A DNA stretch of 62,387 nucleotides, the filler included, from Kipferlia bialata (taxonomy: Eukaryota), in NCBI GenBank assembly GCA_003568945.1. It is 5 parts of 5 records of this genome, joined end to end, with 100 filler letters (N's around TTAATTAATTAA, not from the genome) between each part and the next. Parts side by side here need not be neighbours in the genome. Positions count along the whole stretch, not along the records: positions 36,638 to 50,382 come from BDIP01000486.1; 4 more parts are not named here. The stretch is one strand, 5' to 3'. How positions within the stretch are numbered: the stretch's first letter is position 1; each line of letters opens with the position of its first letter. A program made the translations under genes and the position numbers. Of this stretch, positions 37,125 through 50,374 are shown one piece after another. Below the pieces are notes generated by a model. That model did not search any database, was not told the origin of the DNA, and saw nothing but the letters and a program-made list of their open reading frames with translations.

Positions 37125-40089
37125 GACAGCGGGAGTGTTAGTAGCTATCCCTAATTGTATACACTCCCCCCCCCCCCCCACCCCAGGACATCGGGTCCTA
37201 CACCATCCTAGGGGTCACACTCAGAGAGGTGGGGACTTGGACCGTTATCTGATACACAGAGTCGCATCACATTCTGTTTATATACAAGTATTTCTATATA
37301 TTATTGACTACTAGCAGTATTCAGTATTCAGTAGAACCCCCCCCCCCCCTAGTCTCTCTCTCTCTGCCGCCCCTCATGACAGCTCCTGGTCAACACTGCC
37401 TCCACCACCGTGCATCTTGTCATCAACGTGATATTCACAAGCCGGTATGTATGCAGTGTTTACAGATATATATAGGTGATTATAGGTATATCCACAGGAA
37501 TTCACTTTCATCTGTAATAATTGACCCTATGTGTATACTCTGTTGCTATAGTCTCACTGCCACCCTCATAACCCCCACCCCAGCCCCTCATGCCAGTGCA
37601 TACCACTTCATATCCTTCTCTCTCTCTCACACACACACACACACCTTACTCTCAGTGCCTACCACTTCATATTCCACCTCTGCTCCCTGGATACAAGGCA
37701 GAAGCACAAGGTGTGTCATATGGCTGGTGGCTATGCACACATGCACACATACTGTTGTACATTACACCCGAGTCACTCACAAAGCCGCTCTCTCAGTCTC
37801 TCTACCCCTCATTGTTTGTGTCCGTTGTATGCAGAGTGTCTCTCTCTCTCCGTCTTCCCCTTATGCCCAGGGTCTGTACGTCCTGGCCTTCTTCTACTGT
37901 GCCATGACTATATGCGACATGGTGGGCAAGGTATGGGTTACATGTGTACACGGATGTACATATAGGAGGAGAGACAGTCTCTTCCAGAGTCTCTGTGTGT
38001 GTTGTAGTGGGCAAGGTATCCCCATGATGTCTACCATTGTCAGTTGTTTGTGTATCTAACATCCCCCTTTCCCTCCCCACCTTATGTCAGCTCACAGTTG
38101 AGTACTACGCCACGCAGTTCGAGGGCTTCTTTGGGACCTTTGTCAACTCTATGAGGGCATGCATCATACTCAACAGGTACAGAGCTCATGGTTATGTATA
38201 TGTATCTATATCTGTATTGGTACATGGGCTATGCATCATACTCAACGGGTGTGTATGTTGTGCCAACATCTCTCTCCCCCTCTACACCCCTAATACACAG
38301 GCTGTTCCAGATCTGTGGAGAGATATTCTTCTTTTGCACCATAGTCTTCTCAGACTTCCTCCTGACCGGGTGAGTCTACGCGTTAAGACTCTATATTAAC
38401 ACACTCATTTATCTGTTCGCTTGGTAACAAGGCCATTGAGTACCTTGAGGCTGTCTTGGGGTACGTGTCCTCCGTCTCCCCCTCACCCCCAGGTCCTTCT
38501 CCCACAAGGCGAAGTCTGCCTCTCTCTCTGTGTCATCAGTGGGGGAGGGTCTTATGGACGGGGCCACCCCAGTGAGAGACATGAACCAGGGCGCGACAAG
38601 GTGCGGATATATATGTTCATAGTATGGGATGTATATGGTAACGGCCTCCAATCTGGGGAGACCATCCCACAATGTGTTATTATTTCTCCTATTCACATTG
38701 CCCTCTCTTACCCCCAGCGCAGGTGCTGGTGTTGTGTTGAGTATGGCCAGGAACAGCTCATCATCGGAAGTCAGGTGGGGCACACTGATATGTGTATATA
38801 CTTCCGACATCACCATATTGGTTATCACTGCTCAGTTACTATGATAACCGCACTATCTGTCTTCTATTCTCACCATCTGCACCCCTTTTCCAACCAGTCA
38901 GGATGGAGAGAGAGAGAGAGAGGGAGAGAGAGGCCTCAGGGCTGGAGGTGTGGGACAGGGAGTCAGAGCTCATCCTGGGGGAGGTGTGTGTGCATTGTGC
39001 GATAGTGATTGCGTTTAGTACCGATCGGTGTTCACATGTTCTGGTCGTGCTACCTGTCTACTTCTCTCTCTTCCTGCACCCCTAATGTCAGGAAGAGTTG
39101 CAGACATTAATGCACCAGAGACGCCGTTTTAACGCAGTGTACGTACACATAGTTTTGATTATTGTTCTACCAATCTACTCCTCTATCACGCACTGCTGCA
39201 TGTGGATATTATCTCCCCCCCCCCCCTTACACCCAGGTACTCTTTGTACTGGGTCATCCTAGCAGTGGTGTTCCTAGGGAGGTGGGTGCCTTGTGGTCTA
39301 CTCTCTCTCTCTCCCTCTCTCCCACTAGTCACTCATTCCCAGGTGTTTGTATGTCCAGTACGTGTTCAACCAGCTGTCCGAGGATCCTACATTCGCAGAG
39401 TGAGTGGTGCCTCTATAGTATAGTCCATAGTGTAGTCTACCCCACCTGGCCCACAACAAGCACCACTCTCCACCACCCTCTACCTCCCTCAACCTCCCTC
39501 TACCTCTCTCTCTCTCCCCACCCTCATGGCAGGTACCGCAACATGTGCTGCACCATCCTGACAGCCAATGCAGTCATGGTCATCATACTCTCAGGTACAC
39601 GGCGGGAGTGTATGCATGTACAGATATGTAGTAACGTGGTTGTGTGTTTCTTCTCCAGTCATATTTCATATCCTCGTTCCGTTTATGTATCATCTCTACA
39701 CAATATCCATCCATCGGGGAAACACCCTAGCAGACCATCTCCCGACTCCAGTCGGTGTCATCCTTCTATCACCCGTATCCTATCCTATCCTATAGATGAA
39801 CCCTATCACTGTGCCCCCCTCTCTCCCTCCACACCCTTATAATAGGCATGAACCCTATCGCTGTCTCTCGAGGTGTCCCGGATACCCTACAGGGCCTGTT
39901 CTCTCTCGACCATGGGTACGGTATCCCGTTCCCCCATATAGTCTTGACTATTCACTATTCTGTATCCCCCGTACACTCATCCCCAGATATACTCTCTTCC
40001 AGGAGTTCCTTGAGCGGAAGGGTAGTAACAGGTGCTGATTCTGGTCTGCGAGGGCCCTACATATCCAGATCCATCATGTATGTTCTCAT

Positions 40090-40124
<35 letters not shown>

Positions 40125-43100
40125 TTCCCCCCCCCCCCATTTTTTCTTCCTATTCCCCCCCCCCCCCCCCCACCCCCAGGTCAAGGCATGCTTCAGCGTT
40201 GCCTCCCCCCATGGGTGCCTGCCTGTCCTGGGGGTGGAGTCGGTGCTGTTTGGGTATGCTGATACACCTGATCATACACATATATAGTGTTTTCGGGGGT
40301 GACGATCTTTACATCATGCTGTCATTGTAATTGTCCATTTGCACCTAGTCTCATTGTCTGTGGCAGTCTCCCTCACCCCAGGTACAACCTCAAGCAGAGC
40401 GAGAACATGCTCACATGTGCCAGTATGAGACAGGTGGGAGTATACTCTATGTGCTAATATACATATATACTGATATATATATACATATATATAGATATAG
40501 ATATATATACATATAAACTAAATGGTGCCAGTATGAGACAGGTGGGTATGTATGGCGTGGTCAAGCACTGGTCCTTGTGAAGGTTGTTTGCTGTAGTCTC
40601 ATTGATTCACTTGGGTTGGTCTCTCAGCTACTAGATATATATAGATATATAGATATTATTATAGTCATGGTAGAGAGACCTCTGATCACCAGGTCCAGAA
40701 CCAGTGTGGCAACACATATGCGTTCCTGCCCAGGGCTGAGATACCCCATATGCACCCAGTTCCAAAGGTCAGTGAGACATGTAGTGACATATATATAGGT
40801 CAGACAGTGAGACATTGTCACAAATGGTCACAATGCATACCAACCTCAGGTCTACATGTTTGTTGAGACAGTGTCTGGTGCAACAGGGGTCAGGGGTGAT
40901 GACATTGATGTCCCGGCACAGACAGAGACAGAGAGAGAGGGAGAGAGAGGGAGGGTCCCACTCTCCATCGCTATCCCCCCCACCGAGGCCAAGACTGATG
41001 TTGAGACGGTGAGTCGCCCTGTCTCCGTTGAGCCATGCACCAGTGTCGAGGGTCTCCACTTTGCAGCCTCCACCCCAGTCTCCCCCCTCGCCTCCCCCCT
41101 GGCCTCACCTGCCTCCATGCCCAAGTCACCAGTCGCATTCAGAGAGGTGCGGCAGTGTATGTGTATAGTATATATGTTGCTCTCTCCACCTACCTATCTT
41201 CCGTCAGCGCCGCACCAAGCGCCTGGGCACAGCTGTAGCGGATGCATTCACAGAGACTGGGGGTCACCACCCCCTGCCCCACCCTATTCTGCCACTGAGG
41301 TATGGGTTGGTATGATGTATCTATGGGCCAGTGGTGAGGGGTGGGTGAGAGCTGTCACAGCACCATGTAGTGTACTACTATATCTCTGTTGTTATACTAT
41401 AGTGTTTCAGCTGACTGTCCCAGTGCCGGTGTCCCTGTGCCCAGTCTGGATGGGGACCAGGGTACCACCACCACCACCACCATGCCCCTGGATGAGGTCA
41501 TAGCAATGGTGAGAGTGTACATCATCTGTACCCCATTGCAGTTGTGAGTGTGGGTATATATACTATACCCTATTGCAATGGTGAGTGTGTGTATCAACTC
41601 TGCCCCATTGCAGTTGTGGGTGTGGGTATATTTACTATACTCTATTACAATGGTGAGTGTGTACAGCATCTATACCTATGCTATACCCGTACCATACCCA
41701 TCCCAGGCTGGACCCCGACTGGCCAGACTGAGTAGGGGCATGTGCCGCAGGGAGAGGCTGGGCCAGGTCCTGCCATCGGCCCTGGAGGTGAGGGTGGGGG
41801 TGTTAGATTGATAGTGTATATGCATAGTAGTTACTGGCTGGCTATGTATTAATGTCTCCGTGTGGAGACTTGTACGATTGAGGTCTGTATTCCTCTCAAT
41901 GTGTGCTTGAGTGTCTGACCCCCAGGGCAAGGCCGACCCCCTCTCCCCCCTGAGGCTGGTTGAGTTCTCATCCATCCCAGGAGGTATCAGTATCTATGTA
42001 ATAATATCACCAATATATATATGATACTGATACTGAGAGTTCTCATCCATCCCAGGAGGTATGGTGTGGGACATAACTGTTTCTGATTCGGACATTGATA
42101 CTGTTACTGATACTGACACTGATACAGGTATGGCGTGGAACAGGTCTCAGGGGGTGTCAGAAGACACGCCGGAGAGGGAGAGAGAGGGAGAGGGGGAGAG
42201 AGACACCAGCGGCGTGTCCTTCAAGTACATTCTGCCCCACAAGCTGCACACCCTGAAGCTCCTCGTGTCCACTCTCTCCCAGACAGGCACCACAGCACTA
42301 TCAGGTATAGCAACACCCAAGGAGTGACTCTACACTGCCGTGGTTCATCATCTCTACCAACGACCAGACTAGTGAATTTCTGAATCTTGAATGTGTTATG
42401 TCACTGTATATCACACTCATCACTGCTCTCCCTCCATTGACCCTAGCTGCAGACTGCTCCAAGACGTTGTCTGATAGCTTCACCCGCACCCCCCACCCCT
42501 GTCTGCCCCTGTCGACCCTTGTCGATGCCCTGGCGCCACACGACATGTACAGGTGCATGTTGATAGTGATACTGCATAGTGATACTGATACTGATACCAC
42601 ACGACATATTCACGTGCATGTCACTCTGCTCATAATATCTATCATGTATATATATCTATATACACCCAATGTATTCCCCAACCATCCAGGTTTGACCACC
42701 GTCTGGAGAGGCTGGCCCTGGCCTGGGCTGCCTCACACACACCTGCTGGCACAGCACAGCTCCAGGTAAGCTCAATCATATTTGTATAGAGATAGGCATG
42801 TTCTATGTGGTGAGTGGTATATCTGGAGTACTACTTCTACTGTGGCACAGCACAGCTCCAGGTGTGGGTATGGCCAGGTGTGAATAGCCAAGCTGTGTCA
42901 TCTCTATATTTATTGTCACTTTCTCTATGGTGTGATTGGAGCATTACTTCCATAACGTGTCTTCCACCTAAGATGGGTTCACTCACAACTGACACCTCAC
43001 ATCAGCGTACCATTGACGATAGTGGCACACTGTATATAGCAGTGGTCGCAACAGGAAGACCAACTGGGTATGTGATGTGTTCAGTACTATACATGCACTA

Positions 43101-43674
43101 TTTGTGTCCAGTCACTGATATTGATTTGCTGCTTCACTTTGAACCTCCAGTGCTCACCCAGGTGGGACATCGTGTTCCCCCGTCCTGTCCGTCAGTTCCC
43201 AGATGGGAGCCTATGCTTCTCAGACCTCACATCACCCTGCTATACCTATGTAGATGGTACGTGACTCTTGCAGTTCAGTCATACACGTCTCACACAAGTA
43301 TATACATATTGGTATATGTATATCTCTGCATTTCTTGTGTATGGGCCACTCTCTTAGTTGCACTCTCTGTCTGACCAATCTGATCTAACCCCAGGTGATG
43401 GCACTGTACCGAGGTCAAGTGCCGATGCAGATGGACTCAGGCGGTACAAGGAACTGTACGTGGAGAGCGGCCACCAGGTAGGGCAGGACAATATCCATCG
43501 TATATACACTATTATTGGAAGTCAGTGTCGTGTGTGGAAGATGCGCCCTATCATTGTGTTTAAGGTATGTCTATCTGTCTACTTGCTTTGCCTGCCTCAC
43601 TCCAGGGTGTACTACAGAATGAGACCTTCATGTCCTTTGTCACAGACACCCTGTCAGAGATTGGGTCTCAGTGA
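36700..43674 (+). CDS. Multi-pass membrane protein with a C-terminal LCAT/phospholipase-A-like alpha/beta hydrolase domain; 5' partial; catalytic-Ser region not visible
   Basis: About 14 exons with many hydrophobic helices (36700-39690). Then MNPIAVSRGV..., VKACFSVASPHGCLPVLGVESVLFG|YNL...SMRQ|VQNQCGNTYAFLP, and finally LYIAVVATGRPTG|WDIVFP...YTYVD|GDGTVPRSSADADGL...SGHQ|GVLQNETF...*. This matches LCAT-family motifs (WIAIAAPF.G; DGDGTVP..SA.ADG; H.GIL). Confidence 0.75.
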
Positions 43675-43875
43675 GGGGCAGAGGCTACTAGTATTTTTGT
43701 ATTTGTATGGTGAAGATGCCGCAGTACACAGAAGTGATACCCTAATGAATACCACGAGTCCATGCTTCACTAAAGATAGTACCATAAATGCCATTGTGAG
43801 TTGAATGGAGACTCCAAGCCATTCGTTAGTACTCAGTAACGAGCCGATCATCATACAGTGATGAATAATGGACTC

Positions 43876-45798
43876 TCACAATATCGCCAAATTTACTTCT
43901 CTATGAGAGTGTGTCGGTGTGTCCACCCACCCCTGTATACTGATACGCCTCTCTCTCCCTCTGTGTCTCCCTCCCCCCCTCTTCAGCGGATACCCTGAAG
44001 TCCCGCACCTTGGAGGTAGGAACCCGAACCTAGGGATGAGACATATATAAGCATAGACACCCACCATACTCTTTGGTACCGACTCACTCTCCCGACCTGT
44101 AGATATGTTATATAATATGACTTGTGCCATGCCCCCACCTGCAGATAGGACACCTTGGGCCCTGCATTGCGCACAGTGCTGGTGAGGCTCATGGGCCTGG
44201 GGTGTGTCTTGGACCTGGTTGTCTCAGAGGCCTTAGTGTACCGCGTAGTGGCATGGCGGTTGGCAGTACGGTTGGGTATGGGAGCACCACGGACAGGACA
44301 CATGTGGCCTGGTTGTAAGATACATGCAGTGGGTATATGGGGAATATACGACTCGATGAGACAGTATAGTGGTATGTACACGGGATAGTCAGTGTCCCTA
44401 TCTCCCACCTGATATCACCTGTATCGTATATCAATATCATATATCTATATCATATATCTATATCACTGCCCATCTCCCTACCTGCTATGCCGAATGAGTC
44501 CACAGCAGCCACGGACCTCAGGGTCGGAGAGTCCCTGGGGTGAGAGAGATAGAACAACAGTATGTAACACACTGATGGATCACCCAATGATAATGCAGAA
44601 GTGATGGGACAGAAGTGTGAGTCAATGATTGAACCACATCCACACACCTCTCTCTGTGACAGTGGACCCCTCTCTCTCTCTCCCTGTGTCTCTCAGGCCA
44701 TGTGTAGTCCCTCACTATGAGCCTGTCCCTATGGACCCCCCTGACATCAGATATACAAATACAACCAAAGGACTAGCATACTTTCATGATATGAACAAAC
44801 CAGGAATCAGAAAAGAATAGCCCCAGCTAAACACACACATACTGCCTCACCCAACTGTGCCCTGGGAGTGCCCTGTAGTATCAATGCCCCTGGTCCTCAC
44901 CCTCAGCCTCTCCCTCCTGATGGCCCTCTCTCTCTCTCTCTCTGCTGCCTTCATGTCATCAGGCCGGATAAGCACACTGGGTCAGGGGGGGGCAAGGCGG
45001 AATATAGATACGTATATAGGTGTGCTCATTCATGTGTGATTACAGTCAAGTAGTGGGACCAGCAGTAGTAGTGTGATGCCCTCTCCCAACACTACCACAC
45101 TTATAGGTATATCTATATCCGTCACCAGTACCTGTGTGACCCACAGGGCCTAGACTCCTGGCAGTGCAGACTGTCCTATCGGTCAGGGGGGAGAAGGGGG
45201 GAGAAGGGGAGAGAGAGGTACAAAGTATTGGTAGTTTACTCGATATTGTAGCAAGGGATAGGGTCCCTCCATATACACCCACACCAATCCTGTGCCACAT
45301 CCACACCCTATATATATATATATACCTTGAGCCACTGCATGAAGGGATATGGTCCCTCTGTATATGTATATTCACCTTTATCCACTGTATAAACGTCTGT
45401 GTACCTTGAGCCACTACATGAATAGTATATATATTGTAATGTCAACTCGATTTTATAGCATATTATGTATGTATGTATACCCCTCTACCTTGAGCCACTG
45501 CATGAACTGGGTGTCAGGCACTATCCCAGCACAGGCCTCATAGGTGAAGGTGCCTGGGGTGGGGGGGACTGCTATAATAATATGATGAACATAAGGCGAC
45601 ATATTTACGAGCAGGTGAGTATGTGGGTAATATTGTATCAGTATACTCTTGGACTGAATAGAAATATAGATATAGATACGGTGGGGTACAAGAGAGGATC
45701 TCCCAGTTGATGATCTACCAATCACACAAGAGTATACCTATAAACAGAGTCAATAGACTGGGGATGGGGGGGGGGGGGGGGGGGGGGGGGAGAAAGGG

Positions 45799-45830
<32 letters not shown>

Positions 45831-47202
45831 GGGGGGGGGGAGAGAGTCTTACTCATACTGCACCTTCAGAGCCCACATGTTAAATGGGATATTCATATAC
45901 ATGATGACAGAGAGTGTATAAAAATTTATACTCACTATATAAAATATTGTATATACTCACTATACATAATATTATATGCACTCACCCTGACCCATGCGTC
46001 TATGATTTTGGACATATATTCTACACATACTACAATTACAATATTTACTATATATGCGGAAGGCACTATATATATGTGTGTATGTACCATTCACTCACCC
46101 TGACCCATGCGTCTATGACGTTGGACATATATTTTACATACTTACATATACAATATTTACCATATGTACTAAAGATGCTGAAGGCAATATGTATATTCTT
46201 GTGTATTTACACTCACCCTGACCCATGCATCTATGACGTTGGACAGTATGAGTATGAGGGTGAGACCGAACCAGACCACGAGGTACACAAGGCCGGCAGT
46301 CACAGCCTGGGGTAAGGTAGAAATGTTTATAAGGAGAGAATATCCATATCTTGATGTATGTACACATAAACAGGTGTGTGTGGGAGAGAGAGAGAGAAGT
46401 ACCTGTGCAATGTGTGGTCCCATGACCTCCCCCTTCTCCCCCTTGGTCCTCCTTCTCTTGATGGTCTGACGGTCAGAGCAAGGCACAAAGACATATATAC
46501 ATAGATATGCTACATATACACAGAGAAAGTGATATCCCTGGGACCTTCTCCTCTTGATAGTCTGGAAGTGAGGGAGAGAGAGAAGGAGAGAGAAGGAGAG
46601 AGAAGGAGAGAGGGAGACAGGGAGAGAGAGCAGGGGTGCTAAGACTGAAAGAACTACACAAATACTTTGCCCAAAGTGCAAGAGTGTCCACTTTCGCGTG
46701 TGCCGTCAGAATCATACACACATATATAATACTAATAACATAGAATACCTTTGCGTGTGATGTCAGTATGCGGTATCCAATCACACAGCCTGAGATGGTG
46801 GCAAAGATACCCTTCCTGGGGGTAAGTGTGTGTAGGATACATTCATAGTATGGAGAGAGAAAGGGCGAGATGATTACAGAGGTCGAATATTAAGGGACCA
46901 GAGACACAGTATTATTCAAACATAAGAGAGAGGTAACAATCCTTACCAATTGGCCACAATGAGCAGTGGCAGTATCATATATACATATACATATATATAT
47001 ATATCTATATCTAGAACTGCATATATTACTAGAATTGCTGACATACCAATTGGCCACTATGAGCAGTGGCAGTATCATACGCACATATCATATATATACA
47101 TGTATATATATATATAACTAGAATTGAATATATAACTAGAGTTGCAGACATACCAATTGGCCACTATGAGCAGTGGCAGTATCATACATAAATATCATAT
47201 AT

Positions 47203-47234
<32 letters not shown>

Positions 47235-47482
47235 AATTGCATATATACCAATTGGCCACTATGAGCAGTGGCAGTATCATGATAGTGACCCAGGGGTGGT
47301 CAGACAGGACAGGGGAGAGGTCAACATGGCCATTGGCTGTGGTAAGATACTGCTACTACTGGATACATGTGATACACTACTGCTGTGGGGGGAGAGAGAG
47401 AGAGAGAGAGGACAGGGGACAGGTCAACATGGCCATTGGCTATGAAGTGAGAATTCAGAATATAATTAGGATACGACTATGT

Positions 47483-47513
<31 letters not shown>

Positions 47514-47590
47514 ACAGGGGACAGGTCAACATGGCCATTGGCTATGGTAAGACAATGCTATTATTGGATACATGTGATACACTACTGCTG

Positions 47591-47624
<34 letters not shown>

Positions 47625-48215
47625 AAACAGGGGCGAGGTCAACATGCCATTAGCAGGGGTAAGACATCAATAGTGTAATATAGTATGCTGGTTAGACACG
47701 AGAGTCAGTGAGAGACGGGACAATCATACAGAGAGAGTAAAAAGGTGAGCTCTGAGATGTTCAAAATATAGAGATGGGGAGAGTGAAGTGGTGTTAGAGA
47801 AAGAGAGAGAGAGAAATGACATTGAGTGAAAAATATCTGGGAAAGAGGGGAGAACCTATCGGGGAGGGGGGGGGGGAGTAAAGGTCACATTTCATCCCAG
47901 ATTCATGAGAGGGCCACAGATAGTACTGAGAGATATGAAGGACCAGATCTAATATACACGGTGATGGGACTAAATTGATAGAATGGGTGAAATACACTAA
48001 AACACAAGGATACCCTTACCCTATCCATAGCAAAGAGACATCTTGCTGTTGTGGGCACAGACATACTGTTTCCATGCAGAAACCAAAGCCTAGTTATATA
48101 AATACATCCACTTACCCAATGTGTGTCCAACCTCCATACAGAGCACAGCTATGCCCCTGAGGAGATCTAGGCTAAGAACACGCCGCTTGGGTTTCCCAGG
48201 CTTGTAGCATAGCAT
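43876..48215 (-). CDS. HGSNAT/DUF1624-like (acyltransferase-3 clan) transmembrane acyltransferase; middle probably incomplete
   Basis: Exon 1 (48116-48215) reads MLCYKPGKPKRRVLSLDLLRGIAVLCMEVGHTL, the R..SLD.LRG.A...M...H signature. It is followed by ...ILPLLIVANW|KGIFATISGCVIGY and more TM exons. The 3' exons lie beyond a poly-G/A run (45766-45840), so linkage is less sure. Confidence 0.7.
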
Positions 48216-48416
48216 GACACCGCCACTGGGCTAAGGAGACCGTCCTACCCAGCTGCTCAGAATCGGTGCGTAAAAGGGTGTAGAGCTAGATGCACAAACA
48301 ACAAAAGGGTGTAGTGCAAAAGTATGATTGGCCAATCTTGATGTCACAGTGTCACTCTCTCTTGCGCTGCCCAGCACCACTCTCTCGCACACCTATAGAG
48401 ACCACACACGCATTGC

Positions 48417-49296
48417 ATGGTAGTATCCAGGTTCTCTCTTCTGCAGAAGCACACCAGCTCTGCCATAGATGGGGCTGTGCTCAGGTTACACTCATGTGTA
48501 CTGACCTGCCTCAGTCTGGTGGCTCTGCCCCTGATGCTGTGTGTCTCTCCCTTCTGTGCTGTGCCACCTGCCGCATATGGCCTGTGGGCAGGTCTGCGTG
48601 GCAAGAGCGAGGTATGGGGTGTGACTGTGATACTTTTAGTAAGATTTGACATTGAGTGTACTGACACCGATCCTGTCATGCCCTCTCTTTATCTCTGTAA
48701 ACCTTTCTGGCATCCTCCCTCACGCATCCTGTCTCATGACAGGTGTAGTTTCTTCGTAACCAACCCCCCCCCCCCACCCCTCTTCAGCGGGTCTCCCCTC
48801 GTTACTCTTCTCCTATCTATATATATATCTATTTGTATATCTATATCACCCCAGGTCTCTGACAAGCACACCTCCTATGCCTCCTCCATGTCATCCTAGT
48901 ATATACTAGTAGTACATTAATTAGTGGATATGTATCATATATGTATACCTCTACCTCTTATTATTTATGTCTCTATCCCACCCCCAGGTCTCTGACAAGC
49001 ACACCTCCTATGCCTCCTCCATGTCAACCAGGCTGACCCTGGCTGTGCTCATGGGGGGTGCATCAGTGCTATGCGCCATACTATTGATAGTGGCACTCTT
49101 CAGTGCATGGGTCAGGTATGGTGTTTATGATATATTGTATGTCATATGTGTCTATCTATAAATACTAACTTCCAGGTATGCCTCTGTGTGGTGGGGCCTT
49201 GTCCTGCTGTGTGTGTCCCTCCCATGCATCGAGGGCTGGGCCCTGCTGTCAGTGGCACAGGGGCTTACTCTGCTAGATGCTCCTCAGACAGTGTAG
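48417..49296 (+). CDS. Small (~147 aa) hypothetical membrane protein, 3 exons, 3-4 TM
   Basis: MVVSRFSLL...GLWAGLRGKSE|VSDKHTSYASSMSTRLTLAVLMGGASVLCAILLIVALFSAWVR|YASVWWGLVLLCVSLPCIEGWALLSVAQGLTLLDAPQTV*; phase-compatible GT-AG introns. Confidence 0.6.
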
Positions 49297-49989
49297 AGAC
49301 ATGACTAGAGATAGAGAGAGATGCCTCTTCTGTCAGGCACAGGGACTGGCTGATTTAGGTGTCGCTTAGGCAGTGTAGGGAGAGAGGGGGAGAGATACCT
49401 TAGGCTGTTGCTCGGAGTATCTCTGTCTCTGCGTCTGACACTCTCAGATGCCTTTCCAGCGGCTGAGACCGAGAGAGACAGAGTATAGTACTGAGAGGGA
49501 TCCTTTGAGTATAGGGATGTGTTGTCTCTCCTGTGTATAGGAGAGAATGGGAGGACGGATCGGGTGTCTGTCTCCTTCAGTTCGGTTACGCCCCGCTATT
49601 GTATTATGTATAATGTGTTCAATATGTTTTATGTGCTGTGTCTAATAGATGACGTTGGTTACTTAAAGTAACTTACTTCTGTCAGCAGGACATATCTGAG
49701 GATATTACTGTCACTCATACATACATATATACAGACGTACTAAGCAGAGGACGTTCGGCACACCCTCACTCATATCTGTGGAGAAGAACCCAATATGATC
49801 AGTAACTGACCACCATTGCTTTCTATCAAGTCTAGGGTCTGTGAGTCCAGATCTACGCGTCAAGGCACTCAACTAGGTTTTTGGATACCTACACCCTTTT
49901 GTGGAAGCTAGAACCACGGAGAGAGCATGCTCTCCTCTATCACTCACATCATCACACCACCATCCCCATCACCAGTTGTCTGACCAGTG

Positions 49990-50339
49990 ATGTCGGTGGT
50001 CGAGCAGATCCACCGGTTGCTGGCCGGCCTGAAGGTCCCGACCGATGAGCTAGTGAGCAAGACGCGGATGAAGGTAGAGGGTGGAATAGGAGATAGATAC
50101 ACTAGTGGTTCTGTAGGTGGAGAGTGCAGTAAAGACCAAGCGTTGGTTTGTATGTCTGTGGGAACGATGTGGGATGTTGGCGAAGCACTCTCATTGGAGC
50201 AGTGTTCCTCCATCAGTGTATCAAGTACAATTCTGTATTAGTACTACCACATCCTATTCCCAAGTGTCAATTGTATCTGACTCCGTAGTGCCACCCTCAT
50301 GTGAATTGGTATACCATTAGCTTGTTGATTGAATCTCAT

Positions 50340-50374
<35 letters not shown>

